Translations under genes and position numbers: made by a program
Source: Octopus vulgaris
Lineage: Eukaryota
Assembly (NCBI GenBank): GCA_951406725.2
Contig: OX597822.1
Coordinates: 82,956,001 to 83,020,000 of the forward strand
Direction: 5' to 3'
Length of the DNA: 64,000 bases
Notes under the pieces: generated by a model
The model's input: only the letters and a program-made list of their open reading frames with translations
Told to the model about the DNA's origin: nothing
The model's database searches: none
In this document: in pieces, positions 23,783-36,674 of the stretch
Numbering within the stretch: the stretch's first letter is position 1
Layout of the letters: every line of letters begins with the position of its first letter

Positions 23783-25090
23783 TGTATGAACGTATGTATG
23801 TATGTATGTATGTATGTATGTATGTATGTATGTATGTATGTATGTATGTATGTATGTATGTATGTATGTATGCATGTATGTATGTATGTATGTATGTATG
23901 TATGTATGTATGTATGTATGTATGTATGTATGTATGTATGTATGTATGTATATGCATGTATGTATGTATTTATGTGTGTATGTGTGTATATATGAATGTA
24001 TGTGTCTGTCTGTATGTAGTATATGTTTATGTATGTGTGTTTGTATATATGAATGTATGTACGTTTGTATGTATGTACGTTTGTATGTATGTGCGTATGT
24101 ATGTATGTATGTCTATATGTATGTATGTGCGTATGTATGTATGTATGTATGTATGTATGTATGTATGTATATTATGTATGTATGTATGTATGTATGTCAT
24201 TATTCTGTTTTATTTCAAGATTTCTTGCCAATAGAGAATGAGCCGGTTTCTAACCTAGATCCAAGGCTTCTTCATTGGAATTTCAACACCAACAACAAGG
24301 TATTTTTGTATGTATGTATGTATGTATGTATGTATGTATGTATGTATGTATGTATGTATGTATGTATGTGTGTGTGTATGCATGTATAAATATATGTATG
24401 AGTGTGTGTGTGTATGTATGTGTGGGTGTGTATGTAAGTGTATATATATGTATGAGTGTGCGTATGTATGTGTCTATGTATGTATGTATGCATGTATGTA
24501 TGCATGCAAGTAGATATGTATGGTTGTATATATGTATGTATGTATGTATATGCTTGCACGTATGTAAATACAATATATATATATGTACGTACTTATATAA
24601 GAATGTACGGATGTATGTAAGAATGTATGTATGCATATATGTATCTATGAGTTATCTATGAGTATATACTTGTGCATGTATGTATATATGTACGTATGTA
24701 TATATGTTTGTTAGTATGGATGCATGCATGTATGTATATGTATGAATCTATGAATATATACATGTATGTACGTATGTATGAATGTACGGATGTATGTGTG
24801 AGTATATGTATTCTTTTATTGTTTTATATGTTTCAGCCCTAAGGCTGTGGCCATGCTGGGGCACCACCAGTGCAATCACCTTTTAATTGACCAATACCAT
24901 GTGATTGGCTTGCTGTCTCTTTTGAGTTTCCTGCCTTGATATTGGTTCATCTGGCATATGTATATGTGTGAATATGCATGTATATATGTAAGTACGTATG
25001 TATGTAAGTATGTATGTATATGTACGTGGCTGTACATACATTTGTATGAGCATACATGCTATATTATGTGTCCATATATAAATATATATA
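23783..25090. repeat. Long, partly degenerate (TATG)n field with small insertions
   Basis: Read directly. It generates the MYVC/HTYI ORFs in the track. Confidence 0.95.
24198..24306 (-). mobile_element. 3'-UTR-only fragment of the R4-like family inside (TATG)n
   Basis: ggtttctaacctagatccaaggcttcttcattggaatttcaacaccaacaac aligns with the 3' UTR at 19494-19550. Confidence 0.6.
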
Positions 25091-25174
25091 CTAATGCCAC
25101 TGGTTCTCGCCGGCGGTGGAGGTGCAGTTTCCTTTATCTTCTCCGGAACCATTTGTGTGGTTACAAGCGATGGA

Positions 25175-25560
25175 GAACAATCCACTCTAATGTAACCTTT
25201 CAGGCATCATTTGTAGCAGCGAGGGATCCTGCCCTCCCCTCTAACACTGAGTATTACATCTTCAACTGCAATGGTCTCGATCATATTTTCCAGGTACCAC
25301 GGGGTTGTGTGGATTACCATATCCAGTCTCTGACTTTGCTAATTATTATGTGCAGTACTAGCGGTGGACGACAATCCGCTCTGATGGGTCTTTCAGACCA
25401 CATTTGTAGTATCGAGGCATCCTGCCCTCCAGTCTAACCCTGAGTTTTATATCTTCGACTGTAATGGTCTCGACCATATATTCCAGGTTCCCCGGGACTG
25501 CCTGGATTATCATATCCAGTCTCTGGCCATGCCAGTTTTATATGCAGTGGTGGTGGCTTG
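25175..25560 (+). pseudogene. Two tandem 193-bp fragments of an unidentified protein-coding sequence
   Basis: SNTEYYIFNCNGLDHIFQVPRGCVDYHIQSL versus SNPEFYIFDCNGLDHIFQVPRDCLDYHIQSL, with an excess of synonymous differences. Confidence 0.55.
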
Positions 25561-26239
25561 CTGGACAATGATCTTTTCTTTCATGCCCAGTAGTATAGTA
25601 GTTACTAGCCAGGCCACATTTATTTCCAGGGGTATGTCTTTTGCCTTCCATCTCTGCTCTCTGTCTGTCTGTCTGTCTCTCTCTGCCTTCTACCACTTTT
25701 CTCCCTCCTACTACTGACACATGACCTGTGGTCATCATCATCTTTTATTCTACTTTTTCTTCATGTCGACTGGTCGTATTTTCTTTCGTCTTCCACTTCC
25801 AATCCATTTCACTGACCCTCTACGATATTCCGCCTAGCGTTAACCATATTTTCGTCTCTTGCCTGGTCCGAAGGCCGTAGTCTGTTTATTTATTTCACTT
25901 TGTTCGTATGACCACATTTCGTCTTGTTTGCTTTCATCTTTGTCCCTCGTCCGTCCACTAATGGCCACCTCTCGAATTACATTTATTTCATGTTTGGATG
26001 TTCACTTTCTGTATTGCATATATGTTTATTTCTTGTTTGTTTGTTTGTTTGTTCCCTTTATGTTAGTTTTGGTCCCTTGTTTGTTGGCTCGCCATTTCTC
26101 GGCGACTTCTTGCTGCCGGCACCACCAAAGAGGAGTAATATCGTTGAAGGCGATTGACCCTCTGGCTGATAACTGATGAGGATTTGGTGACCTTTTGTGT
26201 CCGTTTTCCGTTTGTTTGTGCATTTATTATGAGTAACAC

Positions 26240-26333
26240 CTTAGGAAAGTATCTTCTGCTATGGCCTCGGGCCGACCAAAATCTTGTGAGAGAATTTAGT
26301 TGAGGAATCTGAAAGAAGCTCGTCGTTTACACG

Positions 26334-26402
<69 letters not shown>

Positions 26403-26780
26403 CCGTATGTATGTATATACGTATGTATGAGTGTGTGTCTGTGTGTACGTACGTACGTATGTATGTATGTATGTATGTATGTGTTGTATGTATGTATGTA
26501 TGTATGTATGTATGTATGTATGTATGTATGTATGTATGTATGCACGTATGCATGTATGTAGATATGTATGGATGTAGATATGTGTGTGTGAGTGTTTGTG
26601 TTTATCCCCACCATCGCTTATCAAGAGAGTGTTGGTTTGTTCTCGTCCTCGTAGCTTAGTGGCTTCGGCAAAAGAAACCGTTAGAATAAGAACCAGATTT
26701 GAAAAATAATTACTGGAGTTGATTTTTTTCAGGCGGTGCCCCAGTATGGCCACAGTCCATCGACTGAAAAAAAGCAAAAG
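26240..26780 (+). mobile_element. SINE family A with expanded internal (CA)n/(TATG)n
   Basis: Core at 26240-26325 and tail at 26595-26780. Confidence 0.75.
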
Positions 26781-26914
26781 AAAAAAAGAGATAAAGATAA
26801 TCTAACTGAATAGATGATGGATAATTATGATGCATCCGCTTAAACTTAAGTCCACATTCTCTGTGATCTGTAATTCTCGGAACATTACACATGAGACAGA
26901 AATAATTGTCGGAT

Positions 26915-27420
26915 TATAGAATCGCCTCAATTGGATTGATGTACCTTGTTTATCCTAAAAAATCGAGAGTGATTCCAACCGTAAACTTTATTGAAAAATG
27001 TCTCAATAGCTACATCACTGGAAGATGTGAGAACCATCTATGGTGGTGTTTGTACTACCCAGAAATAATCTGCAATCAAAATGGATTTAGCAGAAGATGA
27101 TAAAAAGAATACAATAAGAAAATGCAGAATGATCACATTCTACAACAACAGTAGATGTTTTCTTTTGCAATTTTCTGCAGAACGTGCGAAATTATTTACA
27201 ACATTTGAAGAAATCGTATCTTTCGATGGATGAAGGTATGATGGAGAACTAAAATTACAGATTCTATACAACAGAAAACTATCGAAGTTTTCTTACAAGA
27301 AATGGATTCACTTTGAATAATATTCCATCAATGTCAGCACAAAACTGGTTAAAATGAATATTGGTACAGAAGGTGTATTCATTGTTCAAGATCTTCGAAG
27401 TTCTATAGGGAATATGCAAA
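26915..27420 (+). pseudogene. Helitron RepHel fragment (region between Rep and helicase), frameshifted
   Basis: SIGLMYLVYP.../LLKNVSIATSLEDVRTIYGGVCTTQK*SAIKMDLAEDDK matches the Helitron motif IGR.Y.V.P...LLL..V.G.TSFEDLRTV.G....F..AC...GLL.DD. Confidence 0.75.
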
Positions 27421-27429
27421 AATACTAAG

Positions 27430-28510
27430 TGAATTCCAGAAACTTCCAGACTTTTTCAAGAGAGACATTTATTAATCTAAAAAAAAAAGTACAAAACTCT
27501 AATCTTCTTTAAAGTAGGATTCTCTGACTCCAATGCACTTCAATGCATTTGTAATGCTCAAGCCATTTCGTGAAGGCTCCATAGAAGCTCTCCAAAGTGG
27601 AGGTATCCAGGAGCCTTGTTACAGCCTCCTTCATTTTCAAAACTATTGCCTCTGCCTTCAGCTTGGGAATCAACCGAAAGTGACAGGGAGCAAGGTCTAG
27701 ACTGTAGGACAAACAACGATCAATTTTGATGCCCACCCATCTCTATCAAGTAGTCGGTTACCAGGATAGAACCGAGAACTGGTGCATTGTCTTTATGCAA
27801 GGTGCCACCGACCCGGACAGAAGAGCTCCAGGCTTTTGCGATGAAACCTCAAAAGTACTCTTTGCTGACTGTCTGACCAGAGGGAACCTAGTGAATGTAA
27901 ATGATGCCCTTGCTGTCGGAAAATGGAACCACCACAAGGTTCCCAACGAATTTGCTTTGTCTGGCCTTCTTCCGTTTGGGGAATCAAGGATACTTTCATT
28001 GGGCACTCTATCTCTCGCTTTCAGGATATAAAGGTGCATCTTGCTTTCGTCAAAGATCACCTGAGACTCAAGTACTCTTCGACTGCAGGTAATGAACTCA
28101 ATCGTCTCTTTGCCGTCACCAACGCATCTTTCCTTTTATTTGTCACTGCGTACGCAGGAAATAAACTGTGTACAAATTTTGCGCATATTCTGATCTACCT
28201 GGATAATTCTGTGAACAGTTTCCACACCAACTCCAAACTATATGCTTATTGTCTGTATAGACACACGGCGGCCTGAAAATTGTGACTTTTCTCAACCAGT
28301 TCTGATGTTCTGACGTCCTTCTTCCTACACCTCACATCGCATCTTACCTCCCCTCTACCGTCCTTAAACCTTTTGTACCAGCAAAAAACAGATGTTCGAC
28401 TCATAGAAGTTCATCCTTAAGCAGTTGGGGTATTTCATAAGTTTCTGTAACGTTTCGTCCAGTTTGATACAAAACTTTGTTGCATAGCCAGCTTCCAACT
28501 TGTCTTCACG
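27430..28510 (-). pseudogene. Decayed mariner (DD34D-type) transposon
   Basis: YSLDLAPCHFRLIPKLK (YSPDLAP motif), HKDNAP, DES, VPSGQTV and an N-terminal KFCIKL-like HTH, with many frameshifts. Confidence 0.85.
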
Positions 28511-28708
28511 TCCCGGATTTACTGTATCAAGGATAGCGTTTTTGTACAGTCTATTCTATTACATGCAAGCAGAAAAGCATTTCAAGTGCTATGCTAGTGG
28601 CCGGAACCCTCCCCCATCTAACTCATTGTGTTTTGTTCTTCAGTCTTAGCACTCATAAGGCTGGTTATCCAGTTTCCTCAGCATTTATGTGACAAGGATT
28701 ACAACATT

Positions 28709-28875
28709 GCTGTAATTTAGCCCCTGGAAACATCGTCTCCAGCTGACTATACGACATGATCTATGTCCTTATATTTTCGAACAAGGGAATCTGGCACCCT
28801 TGTTCGAAAATATAAGGACACAGATAGTGTCATATAATCAGCTGGAGATGATGTCTCCAGGGGCTAAGTTACAGC
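28709..28875. mobile_element. 167-bp hairpin MITE
   Basis: Arms gctgtaatttagcccctgg...tcgaacaaggg and cccttgttcgaa...ccaggggctaagttacagc. AACATT is directly repeated at 28703-28708 and 28876-28881. Confidence 0.75.
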
Positions 28876-29029
28876 AACATTAGTCCTAAACCAGGACTGA
28901 CATGCTATGTTGGCAAATAATCTTTACTCCAAAGTACTGTTGCTTAATATCTCTCGTTGTGAGATTTACAAATAGTAGTTTTCTAAAGGATAACAACATT
29001 GCCCCTGAATGGGATGCCGATCCTTTACA

Positions 29030-29235
29030 GGGTTCAAGGACAACAATTTCGAGGAGATGGAGAGGCAAATCGATTAGATCAATCCAGAGCTTGACTGATA
29101 CTTTAATTTTATCGACCCCAAAAGGATGAACGATAAAACTGACCTCGACAGGATTTGAGCCAAGGACATAAAAACCCAAAAGAAATATCGTTAAGTATTT
29201 TGCCCGACGTCTTAACGATTCTGTCAGCTTTCCAT
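29030..29235 (-). mobile_element. SINE family B, degenerate
   Basis: Family B core on the minus strand. Confidence 0.65.
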
Positions 29236-29719
29236 TTTACTCAGCATTAGGTCTACTATTTCAGTAGATTTCAGGAAAAATATGGGCTGTAATTAAACAT
29301 GGCAGCTACAAAGACGTTTTTAACAATTGATCATAATGGTGGCTGTTTAAAAAGCTTCATGTAACAGAAAACATGTAACTAAAAACATGACAGAGGATTC
29401 CGAAGAACAACTTCTTCGGTAGAAAATGTTAACGAACCTGAAAAGACAGAGAAATTCCAGTCCCACGAAGGGGTTTCGCTGTTAAGCGACTTTGGATCTA
29501 TTTCTTCAGTTTTTAATAAAGATGTCACGCGGAAGTACAATGATGAAGCTGATTGTTTTTAGCTCCTAAAAGTGATGTGAACTTTAGCTTTCTTTAACAA
29601 TATAACAATGTCTGAAATGACGATACTTTTCACCAAAGTTAAATTGATAAAGATACTGATTTAAGTCAACACAACACATTTTAAAACTTCTCGTTATTAC
29701 TTACATAATTCATTTAAAT

Positions 29720-32225
29720 CTTTAAAATTTCACATTCAACTGTTGCTTATCAACTTCTTCATTTAAAAAAAATATATAATTCAAAACATTAAAGCGGAAA
29801 AATACACAACAAAGACAGGAATCGTTGATCAATAAATCACAGTAGAAGATGAAGGACCAAATATAAAAAGATAAAGAGAAAGTAATATAATGAAGGATGA
29901 AGTGATTTATCACAAATATTCCATCAAAATATAAACAACCAAAAATTCATCAAAGCAGAAGAACTAATTACAAAAATGAAATAATGACTATAAAAATTTA
30001 GAACAATCCTTCAGTTTTGAGCAACTAACAAGGACAAATTTGAAGCCGGTTCTTAATTATGGAAAATATGCTTTATTTTAATTCCATTACCATTTTCATA
30101 TTTCATTTCAATTTCCAAACTTTTCCTTTTACTTTACGCTTGTTTAGTTATCAATCATTAAAACTGATTGATGAAGAACAAATATTTTTCACCAAACATG
30201 ACTTAATAATAATAATTAAAGATGAACAACAACTAAAAGCCCCAAACAATTCAATCGTAGCAGAAGGACTAAGAACATTACCAAACATGCAGAACCAAAT
30301 CTACAAACATTTACGAAGAACCAAGCAACGCACAGTGAAGACTAATGATACGCAAAAACAGATAATCGAAAACCCTAAACTATAAGAACACACGAAGAAT
30401 TGGGAATGTGAAGATGGGAAATCAAAGAATAAATAGTTTCTTATTTTCCGTGTGTCTATGACCACCATTAAAGAGAGATAATTCATAAAGATAAATATCC
30501 ACAGCAGAGTTCGTTTGAAATATCGAATTTTACTTTCAGTTTCTACCTTACCGTTTCTTTCTTTTTTGAGCAAATATAACGAAGAAAAAAATACGAACCA
30601 CCAATTATTCAATCGCAGCTGAGGATATCAGAATATAACAACGAATAAAGTATTAATTGTAAAAGAAAGAATGAGAAAAATAACAATGGGCTATTCATTT
30701 CATATTCTGTTATTCGTTCTAAAGAAAAAAAAACAGAATAAAAAATAAACGAAAGCAAAATACACACAATTAAAGTTGCAACGGCAGCTTAAGAGGAAGG
30801 ACTAGCTATATGATCACAGATTGAATAAAAAGTACAACGAAAGTGATGAAGAACCAAGTATTAACGATTATAAACACACAAAAAAATATATAATAAAATA
30901 AAATAAGTAGATAAGCACCATTTTAAGATCACGGTAAATAAAAAAAAACGGAAAACAGTAAGAAATAAAGACTGTGATGGAAACAAAATAGCAGGCAGAG
31001 GAAAAGAGGAATAAAGAAGGCACAAAGACGAGAAAACATGAAGACAACCAGAGGTAACCAAAGCTGGCAGCTTCCTCACAATACATCACAAAGAATATAA
31101 GACTAATAATAAAGCAATACTTAAAGATGAACAATGACAAAAGGTAAAGTAGAAGAACTTATTACAAGAAACAATAAACGCGAAAAATAACTAAGTATAT
31201 GAAAACCTGTAGAGTAAGGAATAAATGTTGCCAGATTATAACTTTGGAAAATAGCAACGCAATAACCTCAAAGTAGAATAAAACAGTATTAAAAAATGCA
31301 GAATAAAATAGTATTAAAAACGCTGAACAAAACAACATTAAAAAATGCAGGAAAGAACAAACAAAGCGACACCGAAGGGTAAGCAATATTTTCAAATGAA
31401 CACAAAAAAGCGTGCTTAAAATGAGATAGAACTTTATTATACAATACACAATCAGGACCAAAAAAAAAAAAAGACAAAGAATGTAACAGAAACCGAACAA
31501 AAGGTACAAGCAAACAGGAGCAACGTTGAAGACAAGCAAAGTCAACCAGTAATAAGAGGAACAACAGATGATAGTATATTACTCAATAAAACATTCAGAA
31601 ATGAAAAAGAAAAGCAATAAAAGAATTTAGATCTAATAAATATAAACCATGAACATAAAATAACTACACACGTTGATACCTTCAATAAGAAAAAAAAAAC
31701 AACTTAAAATGCTGATGTAGAAATATATTCAAAGAAATATATAACCAAGTAGCCGAAACAATATCAAAGATGAAGAGACAAAAATTGAACGGAAATATGA
31801 GGGTGATAGATTATAACTAAGAACACTACGGCTGCACAGTGATATAAAATATGTTATAACATGGAAAAAAAAAATTATCTTGGAGAACTGAAGGAAAATG
31901 AAACGGCACGCAAAGACAAACATCAGCAAAGATGGGCATAAACAGAATGTGCATAAGAGAAAGACAACAAGAAAAAAGAATGCAACTAAGAATTTATCTT
32001 AGAGAATAAAGTAAATGCCAAAATGTGAAATTATGACACTTCCCTCCTTAGATAACATAACTGAGAAAACAGAACAAAATTTATATCGAAGGAACGAAAT
32101 AAAATACCAGATCATCGTAGGACAACAAAAGAAAGACAACAAAAGTAAATTTAAAGATTTGAATATAAAACGAAAGGCAAAACCCGAAAATGAAAGAGTC
32201 AAGAACATCGCATACATTGATGAAT
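29720..32225 (+). other. Strongly A-skewed tract, possibly a highly decayed LINE ORF
   Basis: The plus strand is A-dominated for ~2.5 kb. KAPNNSIVAEGLRTL at ~30235 resembles the LINE KAPG.D.I.AE.LK motif. Confidence 0.35.
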
Positions 32226-32234
32226 TAAAAATAT

Positions 32235-32623
32235 ATTCTGCTCCAGGCACAAGGCTCAAAATTTTGGAGGAGGGGGGCCAGTCGATTAGATTGACCCCAG
32301 TAAGCAACTGGTGCTTAATTTATCGATCCTGAACGGATGAAAGAAAAAGTCGACCTCGGCGGAATTTGAACTCAGAACGTAAAGGCAGATGAAATACCTA
32401 TTTATTTATTGCCCACAAGGGGCTAAACACAGAGAGGACAAACAAGGACAGACAAACGGATCAAGTCTATTGTATCAATCCCAGTGCGTTACTGGTACTT
32501 ATTTAATCGACCCCGAAAGGATGAAAGGCAAAGTCGACGGAATTTGAACTCAGAACGTAGCGGCAGACGAAATACTGCTAAGCATTTCGCCCGGCGTGCT
32601 AACGTTTCTGCCAGCTCGCGGCC
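32235..32623 (-). mobile_element. SINE family B dimer
   Basis: One head plus two units. Confidence 0.85.
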
Positions 32624-33018
32624 ATGTTGCTCGAGTAAATACTAAAACCGAAGGTCTTCTCGCCGTAAACATCCCTTCTTTTTGTTAAGAATATTGTATC
32701 AAGGAGTATATTATCCAAAATGTATCTCTCCTTTATAGGCGTGGTCGTGTGGTTGACAAGCTTGTTTCCCAACCTTGGGCTCACTCCCATTTTGCGGCAC
32801 GTGGGGCAATTCTCTTTCATTACAGCTCCGTGCCGACCAAACCCTTGTGTATTATATAATTACCATTACCGTATTGATATATAAAAATAACACAAACGAC
32901 TCACTTATTATTGTCATATAATAAACAAACAGAAGTTCATGTATGAAATTGACCTTTTTCCTGCTTCAGTTATTACATATTTTTTTCTTATAAAATACAC
33001 ACATACAGGAGGAGTAAA

Positions 33019-33102
33019 TCTCTCTATATAATAACTCTTTGAATGTGGCTCCTGAGAAAGAGTAAAAGTAATTACCCGATCAACAACGGGTATTACTGCT
33101 GG
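33019..33102 (+). mobile_element. Putative 84-bp mini-Helitron
   Basis: A|TCTCTCTATATAAT start, TACCCG/CGGGTA hairpin at 33073-33092, CTGG|T end (CTRR), sitting between A and T with no TSD. Confidence 0.5.
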
Positions 33103-33647
33103 TATATAATATTATCATTTTATCCTCGAGTCTTCCTTTGAATTTCCGACAACTAAATTGAATGATGATTACTGAATCATTTTCTCAAACTTCAAGAACC
33201 GACGGAAAAGTTTCAGAATTCATTTTTGAATTACAGTTTGTTAAAATTTGCTCTATACAGTTGCATTCTCTCCTGTTCTTGATAACTGCCTGTTGGTTGA
33301 ATAATTTTGTAGCTATAATATTTTGTTCAAAAAGTTTCTCTCGCCATTTCAATTATATAAATGATTAAATTATCTCAAACCAATCTGGCTTTAAGAAATA
33401 TATATTTATTTAAAACGTATGACGCATATCTAAGCATTGTAAAAAGAAAAATAAGTCAAAACAGCTGTTCAAAATTTTCAAAACCAAAACACACAAAACA
33501 ATAGAACTACATGTTTCAGTTACTGCATTGTTTGTTCGTTCTTTTCTTGTAAGCACATCGCTTGTAGATACCGAATGCATTTCAATTGCTTATATATTAG
33601 ACGAATACGCGAATTCATGGTAAGTTAACTATTTCATTTGACTGACT

Positions 33648-34243
33648 GGATCTTTATGGTTTTCGTCACTGTTTACAATTTTGTTCCAATTGTTTTCAAA
33701 TTTGGTATATTGATTAAGTTTTGTGTACTAATTATGAAAATGAAATTTATTTTTCCTATAAATCCATTATTAAAAAGTTATTAGCATTTAAAATTTGCAA
33801 AATTTGGGTATTTTAGCCAATCAGAAGTGAATATTTTACATATCACCTTGGCGAAAATTTCTATTTCCATAGTAACCAAAGCAAAGAAGCACCACGGAAA
33901 CAGTACTTCGCAAGTACCGTTTCCACAGTAACCAAAGATATTGCGTGCCAGGAGGAGAAGCAGAAAGATAATTTATTTTATAAAATCCTAGTTTAATGTT
34001 TTGACATGCCGATGACCCCCCGACTTCTTCCTGATGATGGAAGAGGCAGTGAACGTACTGTTTTCTGATTGGCTGAAAATACTGATAATTATCAAACTTT
34101 GAATACCTGTAATATTTTTGCAAAATTTTTCTGGAATAAATGAATACCAAATTCGGATTCAGCATCAAAAATTACATTTATATGATGAATAAAACATTTC
34201 TTTAAAAGATAATTGTAAACAGTGACGAAAACCACAAAGATCC
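33648..34243. mobile_element. Non-autonomous DNA transposon with 8-bp TSD (Merlin-like)
   Basis: TIR GGATCTTTATGGTTTTCGTCACTGTTTACAATT / AATTGTAAACAGTGACGAAAACCACAAAGATCC. TSD GACTGACT at 33640-33647 and 34244-34251. Confidence 0.85.
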
Positions 34244-34265
34244 GACTGACTTGTCTTAAAGTCTC

Positions 34266-34297
<32 letters not shown>

Positions 34298-34797
34298 CAC
34301 GTTTTAGATAATAGATACGAAATCTTTGAACGAAGGTCAATGGGAATAGCGAATGGTGCAGTGTTGATAATATTGATGTGAAGTTTGATGAGTTGTTAAT
34401 TCTTTTAATGAATTGTAAAGTTTTCTCTGTTCGAAGTCGAAGTCAGCTTTGCCTTTCATTCGTTTGGAGATAATAAAATAGTACAAAGAAAGTACTGCTT
34501 CGATTTGATTGCTTACAAATCCGGAGCTGGGGACTCTGTAACAGTCCACCGATGTCGTCAGCTCTTTTAGACCATCTATTGTGAAGACACATGTGCCACT
34601 GTGTCGGCTCATACACCTTCTACTGATAACATCGGAAACGAAGGAGTGAAAATTTCATAGAATCTTGTGTCAGCCATTTGCACAAGACAATTCAGTGACG
34701 CCTCAAAATGCTCTACCAACACAGACTGAAGCAGAGCTTTCCACATAAAGCTCTATGGTGTTGCAAAGTATATAGGCGCCAACAGACACACACACAT

Positions 34798-34859
<62 letters not shown>

Positions 34860-35258
34860 GCAACATAATGCTGTTATATACTTTGGAGTTCTTGAAACTC
34901 TACCAAGCGATATCTGGATTTGCATATCATACACAAGGAATTATCTTGAATGTTAATTCTATTAGAAGTTATTGGTATCTGATTGCTTGATATTGTTAAC
35001 CAGTTCCACTTAACCACTGAGTGCTTTCTTAATATATGCATAGGTTTACTAATTCATTTTATCTATTATATATATAATAGATAAATTTTATCGGATTCAG
35101 TTGTGCATCGTTAACCAGTTAGAGGAGATGTCCTCTTGGAGTTAAAAAATCGCAGTAGAGTCCGCTGAAACGGACAGCCATTTTAAAGTGGTATACGAAT
35201 ATTATTTGTCACTACAACTACTGCGTTGATCTTAGATTTCAGAAGTAACATCTTTGCG

Positions 35259-35304
<46 letters not shown>

Positions 35305-35636
35305 CATACATATATATATATATGTATGTTTTGAGGTATTTTAAAAACAAAATGATTAAGAAAAAAAGAACTTCGTTCGAATCTTTAGTTGACGCATTTT
35401 TTATTCCATTTATATCTCCTGCCGGAATACGAACTCAAGGAATGTTCAGCGATCACCCACAATCATGCCCACTCGGTTGTTGTTGTTATTATTATTATTA
35501 TTACTATGTTTTTTCCTCTTTCAAATTTGCTTCCATTTCTTGCTGAGTGTCTTCCCGACTCCTAGGGCAAAGAAACTCATAGTATACATTGGTAGGCCAT
35601 TAAACCAAACTCAATAGTTCGTTCATTTTTTTATTA

Positions 35637-35699
<63 letters not shown>

Positions 35700-35703
35700 T
35701 ATT

Positions 35704-36300
35704 GTCTTTGCACAGCTTCTAACGCTGGAGATGTACTACAGTGCCAGCTAAGGTAACACCCCTTATTTTTCGAACACCATCCGGAGTATTCGAGTAGTTT
35801 CAAGCAGTACTGTTTTCTGCAAGTGCGCCACCCTTATTGTAACCCCTATTTGTTCCATGTACTTCTCAAGATTTTTACTCACTGTTCCAGGGCTCCGACA
35901 ATTATTGGTACTACTACCAGCTTTTCCATCGAACACAACTACTTAACTTCCCAAGCTAACCTGTCATATCTCCCGACTTTTCTTTCTTCCTTATCGCATA
36001 CTTTATTGTCAGCTGGGCATGTTATCTATATCTATGATCCAGCATCATGTGCTTTCTTTCTCAATTAACACTATATCTGATTTCCAATTCTCCATCTCAT
36101 AGTCGCACTTAATCACAAAATCCCACAGGATCTTTGCATTATCATTTTCGATGATGCCTTCGGGTTTGTGATCTTATCACTCTTTTGCTCTGTCAGTTCC
36201 ATACTTGTTGCAAAGTGTCCAATAAACAGTCCTTGCTTTATTGTCATGACGTCTCTTATACTCTTTCTGGGCTAGTGGCGTACATTGACTGGTAATATGC

Positions 36301-36301
<1 letters not shown>
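35704..36301 (-). pseudogene. 5'-truncated R4/Dong-like retrotransposon inserted in (TAA)n
   Basis: HITSQCTPLAQKEYKRRHDN...KILWDF...KSDIVLI...CPAD...VVVPIIVGALG (zinc-knuckle tail + restriction-like endonuclease). (TTA)n flanks both sides. Confidence 0.85.
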
Positions 36302-36345
<44 letters not shown>

Positions 36346-36379
36346 TATTATTATTATTATTGTTATTATCATTATTATC

Positions 36380-36597
36380 GAGGCGGCGAGCTGGATGAAT
36401 CGTTAGCACGCCGGGGGAAATGCTTAGCGACATTTTGCCCGTCTTTACGTTCTGAGTTTCAAATTCCACCGAGGTCAACTTTGCTTTTCATTTTTCTCTG
36501 GGTTCATAAAAGCAGTACCAGTTAAGCACTGGGGTCAATCTAATCGACTTACACCATCCCCCTGAACTTGCTGGCGTCGTGCCAACATTTGAAACCA
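36380..36597 (+). mobile_element. SINE family B monomer within (TTA)n
   Basis: Family B head, core and tail. Confidence 0.8.
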
Positions 36598-36606
36598 TTA
36601 TTATTA

Positions 36607-36674
<68 letters not shown>

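Noticed and set aside
23731-24661. MYVC/HTYI repeat ORFs, also at 19728, 26259, 44405, 46521, 51485 and 54266
   Set aside because: Microsatellite translations.
26165-26200. CTGATGA motif (also at 18760 minus, 34031 and 40325 minus)
   Set aside because: No downstream stem II plus GAAA.
30861-31929. Hydrophobic Phe/Leu-rich minus-strand ORFs resembling mitochondrial membrane proteins (NUMT)
   Set aside because: This is a compositional effect of the T-rich strand, with no recognisable nad/cox motifs.
34612-34648. ccttc..CTGATAA.catcg.GAAAC.gaagg hammerhead look-alike
   Set aside because: No stem II, no NUH site, and C3/A8 cannot pair.
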